DNA of 32,000 bases from positions 600,001 to 632,000 of the forward strand of contig NC_013967.1 in the NCBI RefSeq assembly GCF_000025685.1, written 5' to 3'. A model generated the notes under the pieces. The model ran no database searches, was not told the DNA's origin, and saw nothing but the letters and a program-made list of their open reading frames with translations. Shown here in pieces: positions 1 to 6,486 of this stretch; positions within the stretch are counted from its first letter, which is position 1, and each line of letters opens with the position of its first letter. The stretch is from Haloferax volcanii DS2. Its GTDB lineage: Archaea; Halobacteriota; Halobacteria; Halobacteriales; Haloferacaceae. The translations under genes were made by a program, and so were the position numbers.

Positions 1-53
1 CTCCCGTCGTCTCCCGCGACACGCTATTCGCGCTCGAAACGCTATCACTTCTC

Positions 54-1019
54 ATGGCAAGCCGCGCGACTCGCCTGACCCGCGCGCTCCGGCGGGTCGA
101 ACCGCCACCCCGAGCGGTCGACTGGTCCATCTTCGCGCTCGTCGTCTTCGAGACGCTCTCGGGCGTGCTGAGCCTCGGGGCCGGCCACCCGGCCAACGGC
201 CTCCTGTTCGTCGTCCACGGCGTCGCCGGCCTCTCGCTGGTCGTTCTCGTCGGCTTCAAACTCTATCGGGTCCGCCGGCGCGTCCTCGACGCGCGGCTCC
301 GCGACCGCCACACCGCGCTCTCGGTCCTCCTCGCGGTCGTCGCGCTCGCGTCCCTCGGCACCGGCATCGCGTGGGTGCTCGGCGTCGAGGTCCGAATCGG
401 CTTCTGGACGCTGCTCAACGTCCACATCGGCTTCGGCCTGCTCGTGGTTCCGGTGCTGTTTTTCCACCTCTGGGCGCGCTTCCGGCCGCCCCGCCGGGTC
501 GACTTCGCGGAGCGACGCCGGGCGCTCCAGTACGGCGCGATACTCGTCTTCAGCGCGGCGACCTACCGGGCGACCGAGACGGTCGGGGCGCTCCGGGGCG
601 TGGGCCGTCGGTTCACCGGGTCGCGGCCGCTTCCGCCCGGCGAGGGTAACGACGCCTTCCCGGTGACGAGCTGGGTCGCCGACGACCCCGACCCCGTCGA
701 CCCCGACTCGTGGTCGCTTTCGGTCACGGGGCTGGTCGACCGCTCGCTCGAACTCGACCGGGCCGACCTCGCGCCCGGCGAGACGCGGTCGGTCCTCTTG
801 GACTGCACGAGCGGGTGGTACACCGAGCAGCACTGGACCGGCGTCAGACTCGGCGATGCGCTCGATGCCGCCGGTGTTCACTCGTCGGCGCGGTGGGTGA
901 CGGTCCGGTCGGTGACGGGCTTTCGGTGGTCGTTTCCCATCGCGGAGGCCCGCGAGATGCTGCTTGCGACGCACGTCGGCGGCGACCCGCTCTCGCACGG
1001 CCACGGCGCTCCGCTCTGA
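54..1019 (+). CDS. Molybdopterin-dependent oxidoreductase (sulfite-oxidase/YedY-like catalytic domain fused to an N-terminal multi-TM domain), terminated prematurely by an in-frame TGA
   Basis: 966-nt ORF with GC3-rich codons. The N-terminal ~160 aa has 4-5 hydrophobic helices. The C-terminal part carries Mo-oxidoreductase-type motifs (FPVTSW, LLDCTSGW, WTGVRL, HGAPL). It stops at TGA 1017-1019, where the family motif GAPLRLVxP has Arg. Confidence 0.8.
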   Translation: MASRATRLTRALRRVEPPPRAVDWSIFALVVFETLSGVLSLGAGHPANGLLFVVHGVAGLSLVVLVGFKLYRVRRRVLDARLRDRHTALSVLLAVVALASLGTGIAWVLGVEVRIGFWTLLNVHIGFGLLVVPVLFFHLWARFRPPRRVDFAERRRALQYGAILVFSAATYRATETVGALRGVGRRFTGSRPLPPGEGNDAFPVTSWVADDPDPVDPDSWSLSVTGLVDRSLELDRADLAPGETRSVLLDCTSGWYTEQHWTGVRLGDALDAAGVHSSARWVTVRSVTGFRWSFPIAEAREMLLATHVGGDPLSHGHGAPL

Positions 1020-1127
1020 CTGGTCGCGCCGAACCGCCGCGGGTTCCAGTGGGTCGATGTGGTCGAGGTGCGCCGGCGGCGCGACCCGGCGCAGTGGCTC
1101 GCGGTGCTGGTGAGCGGGTTCGGATAA
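1020..1127 (+). other. In-frame post-stop continuation encoding the conserved C-terminus of the oxidoreductase (the gene is probably a nonsense pseudogene spanning 54..1127)
   Basis: Same frame as 54..1019. Translates LVAPNRRGFQWVDVVEVRRRRDPAQWLAVLVSGFG then TAA (1125-1127). The RRGFQWV segment is the expected continuation after GAPLR in this family. Confidence 0.6.
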
Positions 1128-1160
1128 TGGCTCGCAGTGCTGGTGAGCGGGCTCGGATAG
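1095..1160. repeat. 2 x 33-bp perfect-phase tandem duplication of the oxidoreductase terminal 10 codons plus stop
   Basis: 1095-1127 is tggctcgcggtgctggtgagcgggttcggataa. 1128-1160 is tggctcgcagtgctggtgagcgggctcggatag. They differ at 3 positions and encode WLAVLVSGFG-TAA and WLAVLVSGLG-TAG. Confidence 0.9.
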
Positions 1161-1169
1161 CGGCTCACC

Positions 1170-1301
1170 TCACCACGGAAGAATCCACAGCACGTCGACG
1201 AGGCGGTCCAGAATCGTCTTCTCGGCCTCGTCGGTCGTGTCGTCGGTCGAAGCGTTCGTCGCCTCGCCTTCGTCGGGCGCGCTCGAATCGGAGGTGGTCA
1301 T
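1170..1301 (-). CDS. Small hypothetical protein, 43 aa (MTTSDSSAPDEGEATNASTDDTTDEAEKTILDRLVDVLWILPW), acidic with a hydrophobic C-terminus; below the ORF-track cutoff
   Basis: ATG at 1301, TGA at 1172-1170, GC3-rich haloarchaeal codon usage. A TATA-like ATTTTC (1331-1326, minus strand) is centred ~27 nt upstream of the ATG. Confidence 0.45.
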   Translation of the reverse strand: MTTSDSSAPDEGEATNASTDDTTDEAEKTILDRLVDVLWILPW

Positions 1302-1325
1302 ACTGGCCGCTATTCTTGTCAACTT

Positions 1326-1331
1326 GAAAAT
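1326..1331 (-). promoter_or_regulatory. TATA-like box for the 43-aa gene (leaderless spacing)
   Basis: The minus strand reads ATTTTC, centred about 27 nt upstream of ATG 1301. Confidence 0.35.
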
Positions 1332-1349
1332 GCTTTCTGTGGGCGGGGT

Positions 1350-1409
1350 CGCTGGTCATCACTCATCGCGGAATCCCGCGAGATGCTGTTTTCGTCCCGC
1401 GTCGGTGAA
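1350..1409 (+). repeat. Diverged ghost copy of oxidoreductase segment 924-983 (gene-fragment remnant)
   Basis: Ungapped 60-nt alignment with 45/60 identities, including the 14-nt exact match cccgcgagatgctg. In the same codon phase it reads RWSSLIAESREMLFSSRVGE, against RWSFPIAEAREMLLATHVGG in the gene. Confidence 0.6.
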
Positions 1410-1848
1410 CGCTCGTACAGTCGCGGCGCGTTCGCCACGCGACGACGCCGGCACCGAGGAAGAGGAGGCCGCCGGCGACGAGCAAGAACGGCTCCGCCCC
1501 GAGGATAAGTCGTGTCGTCCCGTCGAACGTCTGGACCGTGGTGTAGAGTCCCGGCTCCCGGACGTAGTGGGACACGGCCACGAGCGAATAGCCGACTTCG
1601 ACTCCACCGACTGCTACGGGGAGAACCGCGGCGTACTTCCACCGGAATGCGGCCAGCGTCCCGACGACGCCGACGCCCCCGAGCCGCGCCAGCAGGTACT
1701 CCTCGTGGTTGAGTCGGCCGCCCCATCCCGTCGTTATCGTCCCGTCGTATCCGGGTGCGACGTGGAGCAGTTCCTGATGGATGCCGGCGACGACGGCTCC
1801 GAAACCGACGACCGCCATCACGACTGCGAGGGCTCGCTGACGGTCCAT
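1363..1848 (-). CDS. Hypothetical integral membrane protein (~4 TM), 161 aa
   Basis: The internal ATG at 1848 starts MDRQRALAVVMAVVGFGAVVAG, followed by strongly hydrophobic segments. The upstream part of the 256-aa ORF is Arg/Ser-rich and overlaps the PPS gene, so I trimmed it. The basic C-terminal tail is encoded antisense to the ghost fragment. Confidence 0.65.
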   Translation of the reverse strand: MDRQRALAVVMAVVGFGAVVAGIHQELLHVAPGYDGTITTGWGGRLNHEEYLLARLGGVGVVGTLAAFRWKYAAVLPVAVGGVEVGYSLVAVSHYVREPGLYTTVQTFDGTTRLILGAEPFLLVAGGLLFLGAGVVAWRTRRDCTSVHRRGTKTASRGIPR

Positions 1849-1894
1849 ATCGACACATCTCGTGTCGCTCAGCAAATAGCCTTGCTCCCAGTCT

Positions 1895-2647
1895 TCACTC
1901 GTCGCCGGCGCGAATCGCCCGCTCGGCCGCGTCGAGGGCGGCGTCGGCGTCGAAGTCAGCGACGATAGTTTCCAGTTCCTCGCGTGTCGCGCCGGAGCCC
2001 CGCAGGTCGCGCGCGTGAGCCGCGATGTTCGGAACCGCGCGCATGATGTTGTCCACGATGGGGACCGTGGCGACCTGCGCCGACCGCGACATCGGGTTGA
2101 GGTCGACGACGATCTCGACTTTGTCCATCGCACCGAGCGCCTCGGCCCGGTCGCCGTCCTCCAGCGGAACGACCACCACGTCGGCGCTCCCGATGCCGTC
2201 GGCGTCGACCTTCGCGCGCTCGTGGTCGATACCCGGAATCCGCCCGTCGCCGGTGAGCCCCTTCACCTCGTCCGCGCCGTGGTCGCGCAGGTGGGCCGCG
2301 ATGGCCCGCATGCGCTCGTCGGTGCGGTTGAACAGGTTCACCTCGATGTCGGCGTCGACGGCGGCGGCGAGGTCGACGACTTCGCCGGGGCAAAGCGCCG
2401 CGACGTTCCCGTTGACGGAGATGACCGGCTGGTCCGCGAGCAGAAGGTGCGCCGCGGCCGCCCGCGTCGCCTCGTCCGAGCTCGGAAGCGTCCGCTCGCC
2501 GAGGAGGTAGTCGAACGCCTCGCCGCGCCCCTGCGCGATGAGTCCCTGCCGGCTCGTGATACCCTTCTCGACGCCCTCCTCGATGCGGTGGCGGGTGAGA
2601 AGCGACTGGTATCTCGGGTGGCTCTCGGGAATCTCGATGTCGCTCAT
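1895..2647 (-). CDS. 4-phosphopantoate--beta-alanine ligase (archaeal phosphopantothenate synthetase, COG1701/DUF137)
   Basis: ATG at 2647 (MSDIEIPESHPRYQ). Family motifs GEAFDYLLGE, PVISVNGNVAAL, IEVNLFNRT, VVVPLEDGDR and VDLNPMSRSA. Lies adjacent to pantoate kinase, as is typical in archaea. Confidence 0.88.
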   Translation of the reverse strand: MSDIEIPESHPRYQSLLTRHRIEEGVEKGITSRQGLIAQGRGEAFDYLLGERTLPSSDEATRAAAAHLLLADQPVISVNGNVAALCPGEVVDLAAAVDADIEVNLFNRTDERMRAIAAHLRDHGADEVKGLTGDGRIPGIDHERAKVDADGIGSADVVVVPLEDGDRAEALGAMDKVEIVVDLNPMSRSAQVATVPIVDNIMRAVPNIAAHARDLRGSGATREELETIVADFDADAALDAAERAIRAGDE

Positions 2648-2702
2648 TGGTGGTGGGTCGTCGCCGCGGCAGTAACACGTTTTCTCATCTCCGACGCGGA
2701 AC

Positions 2703-3536
2703 TCACGCGGAGTCGAGCGTCGACCCCGCGGGGTGGATGCGGCATCGCTCGGTGTCGTACCCGGCGTCCGAAAGGCCCGTTCCGACGGCGAACACCGTCT
2801 CGCCGAGCATCGCCATCGCCGCGTCACCACCGGCGTCTCGCACGTCTGCGATGGCCGTCTCGACACGGTCGGTGAGCAGGCCGGCGTCGCGTGCGAACTG
2901 CCGTGACTCGGCGAGGAATCGCTCCACCGTCGGCTCTTCCGCGAGTGCGTCGAGTGCCGCCTCGCCGGCGGCGGTGAGCGTGCTCGTGTCGCCACCGATG
3001 ATGTCGGCCGTCGAGAGGCCACCGAAGGTGACGTACTCGATGTGTGGGCGTGCGGGAATCCCGTCCATGTATCCGTGTCGCGGTGCCCCGGGGTCGATGC
3101 GGAGAGGCATCCCACCACGGGCCTGCGCCACTACGTCGCCGAGGCCGGTCCCCGCGCGGACCTCGGCCACGTGCGCGAGGGTGATGAGTTCGTTTTCCGA
3201 CCGTCCGCAGGCGAACACCGCGTTCGCCGCGAGCGCGGTCCCGAGCGCCATCGCACCGGAGACGCCGAACCCCGCGCCGAGCGGTAATTCGCTCTCCGCG
3301 TCGACTGCGGCGGTCACACCGAGCGCTCGAAGCACGCCTACGACCGGCGGCATCTCGACCGCTTCGCCGTCGAGAGTGATCGCCGTCACCGGTGCCGGTT
3401 CGACCGTCACGGAGACGCCGTGGGAGAGTGTCAGCCCCGCCCCGCGAGAGCCGGCGACCGCCGGGTCGTCGTCGGGGTGGGCGCTGAAAAACCCCGTCAC
3501 GTGCCCGGGCACGAACGCCGTCGCGTCGTCGCTCAT
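2703..3536 (-). CDS. Pantoate kinase (archaeal CoA pathway, GHMP-kinase superfamily, COG1829)
   Basis: 277-aa ORF with FVPGHVTGFF at the N-terminus and the GHMP motif PLGAGFGVSGAMALG. Sits directly upstream of the phosphopantothenate synthetase gene. Confidence 0.88.
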   Translation of the reverse strand: MSDDATAFVPGHVTGFFSAHPDDDPAVAGSRGAGLTLSHGVSVTVEPAPVTAITLDGEAVEMPPVVGVLRALGVTAAVDAESELPLGAGFGVSGAMALGTALAANAVFACGRSENELITLAHVAEVRAGTGLGDVVAQARGGMPLRIDPGAPRHGYMDGIPARPHIEYVTFGGLSTADIIGGDTSTLTAAGEAALDALAEEPTVERFLAESRQFARDAGLLTDRVETAIADVRDAGGDAAMAMLGETVFAVGTGLSDAGYDTERCRIHPAGSTLDSA

Positions 3537-3590
3537 CGGTGTTTCTACGACGGGGGTCGGTTAACGGTGTTGCGTTTCGTCGCGTCCGCG

Positions 3591-4046
3591 TCAGTCGCGG
3601 TCGAACGCCGTCTCCCGCTCCGTCTCGCCCGCTTTGCCTTCGCGTCGCCGCGAGGCCGCCGACTCCCGGGCGTCCGCGACCGTCTCCGTCTCCAACAGTC
3701 GCTCGACTTTCGCCTCGAACTCCTCCTCTGAGAGTTCGCCTGTCGCGTAGCGCCGCCGGAGCGTTTCGAGCGCGTCTTCGGTCTCGGTCGTCATCGACTC
3801 GGACGCGTCGTAGCCGCGGCGGGACTCGTAGATGCGGACGAGGGCGAGTGCGGCGGGGAGCACGCCCGCAAAGCCGACCGGGAAGACGATCCAGAACCAC
3901 CACTCCCCGAGCGCGAGTAGGCCGAAGCCGACCAGAAAGATGAGCGCCACGACGACGCCGGCGACCAACTCTTGGAGCGGCGAATCGTCATCGTCGTCGC
4001 TCGCGTCCTCGACGGCGTCGTCGACGACGCGCTCCGCGTCGGTCAT
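3591..4046 (-). CDS. SHOCT-domain membrane protein (acidic N-terminus, 2 TM, C-terminal SHOCT motif)
   Basis: 151-aa ORF with two hydrophobic helices. LETLRRRYATGELSEEEFEAKVERLL matches the SHOCT short C-terminal domain pattern. Confidence 0.75.
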   Translation of the reverse strand: MTDAERVVDDAVEDASDDDDDSPLQELVAGVVVALIFLVGFGLLALGEWWFWIVFPVGFAGVLPAALALVRIYESRRGYDASESMTTETEDALETLRRRYATGELSEEEFEAKVERLLETETVADARESAASRRREGKAGETERETAFDRD

Positions 4047-4113
4047 CGGTCTCCTCCACGACGACGGTCGTACATAGTGCTCTAACGTGTCCGCGAGCTA
4101 ACGACTGTTTCGC

Positions 4114-4118
4114 AAAAA
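4114..4118 (-). terminator. Oligo-T tract (T5 on the minus strand), candidate aspS transcript terminator
   Basis: AAAAA on the plus strand at 4114-4118. It is the only T-run of 5 or more I saw between the aspS stop and the next gene. Archaeal terminators are oligo-T tracts. Confidence 0.3.
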
Positions 4119-4148
4119 TGGGGTCGCGTCGGTGGGGTGCGCCGTCGC

Positions 4149-4169
4149 CTCGGGCGACAGGCGCTGGCG
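4149..4169 (-). repeat. aspS 3'-end ghost copy D (partial: RQRLSP, with the stop replaced by GAG)
   Basis: The minus strand reads CGC CAG CGC CTG TCG CCC GAG. It is embedded in the 28-nt block 4139-4166, which matches block 4298-4325 with 1 mismatch. The block is itself an imperfect palindrome (hairpin). Confidence 0.6.
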
Positions 4170-4222
4170 GGCTGACGAGACTCGCGTGCGCTCGTCTCGT
4201 TGGCTCGCCAGGTCTTCGGCCC

Positions 4223-4255
4223 TTACGGGCTCAGACGCTGGCGATCACGCGGGAA
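4223..4255 (-). repeat. aspS 3'-end ghost copy C ([13 protein letters not shown])
   Basis: The minus strand reads TTC CCG CGT GAT CGC CAG CGT CTG AGC CCG TAA. This is the same 10 aa plus stop as the real aspS terminus, with 7 of 30 nt different and all differences synonymous. Confidence 0.7.
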
Positions 4256-4307
4256 CTCGGTCGCGGCAAAGCCGCTCCCGGCTCCCGCGCTCGTGTTGCG
4301 CCGTCGC

Positions 4308-4343
4308 CTAGGGCGACAGGCGCTGCCGGTCGCGCGGGAACAC
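4308..4343 (-). repeat. aspS 3'-end ghost copy B ([14 protein letters not shown])
   Basis: The minus strand reads GTG TTC CCG CGC GAC CGG CAG CGC CTG TCG CCC TAG. It has 8 of 30 nt different from the functional terminus, all synonymous, including AGT versus TCG for Ser and AGA versus CGG for Arg. Confidence 0.7.
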
Positions 4344-4397
4344 CGTCGGACTCACGTCGTTCGTCCGACGAGCACCCACTCGAAGAAACGCCTTCGT

Positions 4398-5702
4398 CTA
4401 CGGACTCAGGCGTTGTCTGTCTCGCGGGAACAGCACAGCTTCTCGGATGTTCTCCAGTCCGAGCATCGTCATGATGAGCCGCTCGCCGCCGAGCCCGAAG
4501 CCGGCGTGCGGGGGCATGCCGTACTTGAACATCTTCGTGTAGTACTCGAACGCGTCGGGGTCGAGCCCCTGCTGCTCAAAGCCGGCGACGAGGTGGTCGA
4601 AGCGGTGTTCACGCTGGCCGCCCGAGACGAGCTCCATGTTCGGGTGCATCATGTCGAAGCCCGTCGAGAGCGTCTCGTCGTCGTCGTGGTCCTTGATGTA
4701 GAACGGCTTGATTTCGCTGGGCCAGTCGGTGATGAAGTAGTGCTCGCCGACGTCCTCGCCGAGCGCCTTCTCGCCCTCGGTGGGGAGGTCGTCGCCCCAG
4801 ACGAGCTGTTCGTCGAGTTCGCCCGTGGCGTTGATGCGCTCGATGGCCTCCTCGTAGGTGAGCCGCGGGAACTCGCCGGACGGCGCTTCGAACTCCTCTT
4901 CGAGACCGAGCGCTTCGAGCTCGTCCTGGCAGTTCTCCTCGACGGCCTCGTAGGCGGCCGTGACGACGGCCTCACAGACGTCCATCGCTTCCGTGTGGTC
5001 GATGAACGCCGACTCGAAGTCGATGGAAGTCGCCTCGTTGAGGTGGCGGGGCGTGTTGTGCTCTTCGGCGCGGAAGATGGGGCCGACCTCGAAGACGCGT
5101 TCGAGTCCGGAGCCGACCATCAGCTGTTTGAACAGCTGCGGCGACTGGTTCATGAACGCTTCCTGGCCGAAGTAGGTGATGGGGAACAGCTCGGTGCCGC
5201 CCTCGGTCCCCGTGGCGACGATTTTCGGCGTGTTGATTTCGGTCGCGCGGAGGTCGCGGAACTTGTCGCGGACGGCGCGCTGGACCTCGGCGCGAATCTC
5301 GAAGATTGCCTTCACTTCGTCCTTGCGGAGGTCGAGCGTGCGGTTGTCGAGGCGCGTCGAGAGCTCGGCGTCGACCTTGCCGGAGGGGTCGAGCGGGAGC
5401 TGCGCCTCGGCCTCGGCGATGACGTCGAGGCTCTCGGGCGTGACTTCGACGCCCGTCGGCGCGCGCGGCTCTTCGTCGACCTCGCCGGTCACGGAGATGA
5501 CGCTCTCGCGGTGGACGCCCAGACCCGTCTCGACGAGGTCGTCGTCCATCTCGTCTTTCTCGAACTTGACCTGAATCTTGCCGGAGGTGTCCCGGAGAAT
5601 CAGAAACGCGATGCCGCCGAGGTCACGGACTTCGTGGACCCAGCCGGCGACGGTGACCGTGTCACCGGGCTCGGCGTCGGCCGTGTACGTTCGGTTTCGC
5701 AT
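4398..5702 (-). CDS. aspS: Aspartate--tRNA ligase, archaeal type (probably non-discriminating Asp-tRNA(Asp/Asn) synthetase)
   Basis: 434 aa from ATG 5702 ([38 protein letters not shown]). Class II motifs [21 protein letters not shown] and GFGLGGERL are present. A TATA-like TTTAAG sits 27 nt upstream of 5702, so the 34-codon ORF extension to 5804 was rejected. Confidence 0.93.
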   Translation of the reverse strand: MRNRTYTADAEPGDTVTVAGWVHEVRDLGGIAFLILRDTSGKIQVKFEKDEMDDDLVETGLGVHRESVISVTGEVDEEPRAPTGVEVTPESLDVIAEAEAQLPLDPSGKVDAELSTRLDNRTLDLRKDEVKAIFEIRAEVQRAVRDKFRDLRATEINTPKIVATGTEGGTELFPITYFGQEAFMNQSPQLFKQLMVGSGLERVFEVGPIFRAEEHNTPRHLNEATSIDFESAFIDHTEAMDVCEAVVTAAYEAVEENCQDELEALGLEEEFEAPSGEFPRLTYEEAIERINATGELDEQLVWGDDLPTEGEKALGEDVGEHYFITDWPSEIKPFYIKDHDDDETLSTGFDMMHPNMELVSGGQREHRFDHLVAGFEQQGLDPDAFEYYTKMFKYGMPPHAGFGLGGERLIMTMLGLENIREAVLFPRDRQRLSP

Positions 5703-5726
5703 ACGACGTGGTTCCCGACCGTTCGT

Positions 5727-5732
5727 CTTAAA
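5727..5732 (-). promoter_or_regulatory. TATA-like box for aspS (leaderless spacing)
   Basis: The minus strand reads TTTAAG, centred ~27 nt upstream of ATG 5702. Confidence 0.4.
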
Positions 5733-5861
5733 CATCGTGTCTTCGCCTCGCTCGGAGGCGTTCGACCGTCCACTCTCACGCGCGTCGGGGCGAAACAGAG
5801 CCACGAGTTCGCGTGGTAGTCGGCACCGCGGTACTTAGTCCGAGGCGCACGTCGCTCCGGT

Positions 5862-6410
5862 ATGGCTCCCGACCCACCCGACGCAGAATCGACGCCCGAC
5901 CCGGCACCGACCGCCGCTCGCGCCGCCGACCTCGACTGGGCCGAAACGGGCGCGGGGACCGCTTTGCGTTCCGCCGGAAGCGACTCGCGGACCGCGCCGG
6001 CGGCCGCGACCTCGGCTGTTCGCTCTACGAAGTGCCGCCCGACAAGCGGCCGTGGCCGACGCACTACCACGAGGGCAACGAGGAGGCGCTGTACGTCCTT
6101 TCGGGGTCGGGCACGCTCCGGACGCGCGAGGGCGCGGCCGACCTCGACCTCGAACCGGACACCTACGTCGCGCTCCCCGCGGGGGCCGACTACGCCAGGC
6201 AAATCGAGAACGACGGCGACGAACCGCTCCGGTATCTCGCGCTCTCGACGATGAGCCACCCCGACGTGACCGTCTATCCCGACTCCGACAGTCGGCGTGT
6301 TCTGCGGCACGCCGCCCGGCGGCGACGGCGACGCCCGAACGCTCCACGGTTACTTCCCGCGGGACGCCGCCGTAGACTACTGGGACGGCGAACCGACGAC
6401 CGGGGAGTGA
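5862..6410 (+). pseudogene. Cupin-domain protein gene disrupted by two compensating frameshifts (-1 near 5948-5957, +1 at 6290)
   Basis: Three segments together reproduce a haloarchaeal cupin family. The N-terminus is in phase 0 (MAPDPPDAES...AADLDWAETG). The cupin core is in phase 2 (RGDRFAFRRKRLADRAGGRDLGCSLYEVPP...THYHEGNEEALYVLSGSGTLR...PLRYLALSTMSHPDVTVYPDSD). The C-terminus is back in phase 0 (VGVFCGTPPGGDGDARTLHGYFPRDAAVDYWDGEPTTGE, stop 6408-6410). Phase 0 hits TGA at 6252-6254. Phase 2 runs on as Arg-rich junk to 6826. Confidence 0.7.
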
Positions 6411-6451
6411 ACCGGCCGCACGCGGTCGCGGCGACGGCTCCGGCGCTGAGG

Positions 6452-6458
6452 TTTATAT
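6452..6458 (+). promoter_or_regulatory. TATA box (TTTATAT) for the DUF4013-like membrane protein gene
   Basis: TTTATAT is centred ~32 nt upstream of ATG 6487. It overlaps the alternative ATG at 6457, which argues against that start. Confidence 0.45.
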
Positions 6459-6486
6459 GCGAACCCGCGACCATCTCGCTTCGGAC

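Noticed and set aside
1017-1019. TGA as selenocysteine or programmed readthrough
   Set aside because: Halobacteria are not known to have Sec machinery. The family has Arg, not Cys or Sec, at this position. I saw no obvious SECIS-like structure. A nonsense mutation or a sequencing error is simpler.
4200-5819. 539-aa ORF antisense to aspS, and similar long antisense ORFs (12801..14372 opposite gatB; 17228..19003 and 19010..20779 opposite smc; 9527..10450 and 10484..11632 opposite topA; 29311..31227 and 29967..31157 within the DUF2298 region)
   Set aside because: Each overlaps a confidently identified gene on the other strand or in another frame. All have Arg/Gly/Asp/Val-rich composition atypical of acidic haloarchaeal proteins, so they are high-GC artefacts.
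5945-6291. Programmed ribosomal frameshifting in the cupin gene
   Set aside because: It would need both a -1 and a +1 event in one small gene. Neither site has a slippery heptamer or an obvious stimulatory structure. Indels or sequencing errors are more parsimonious.
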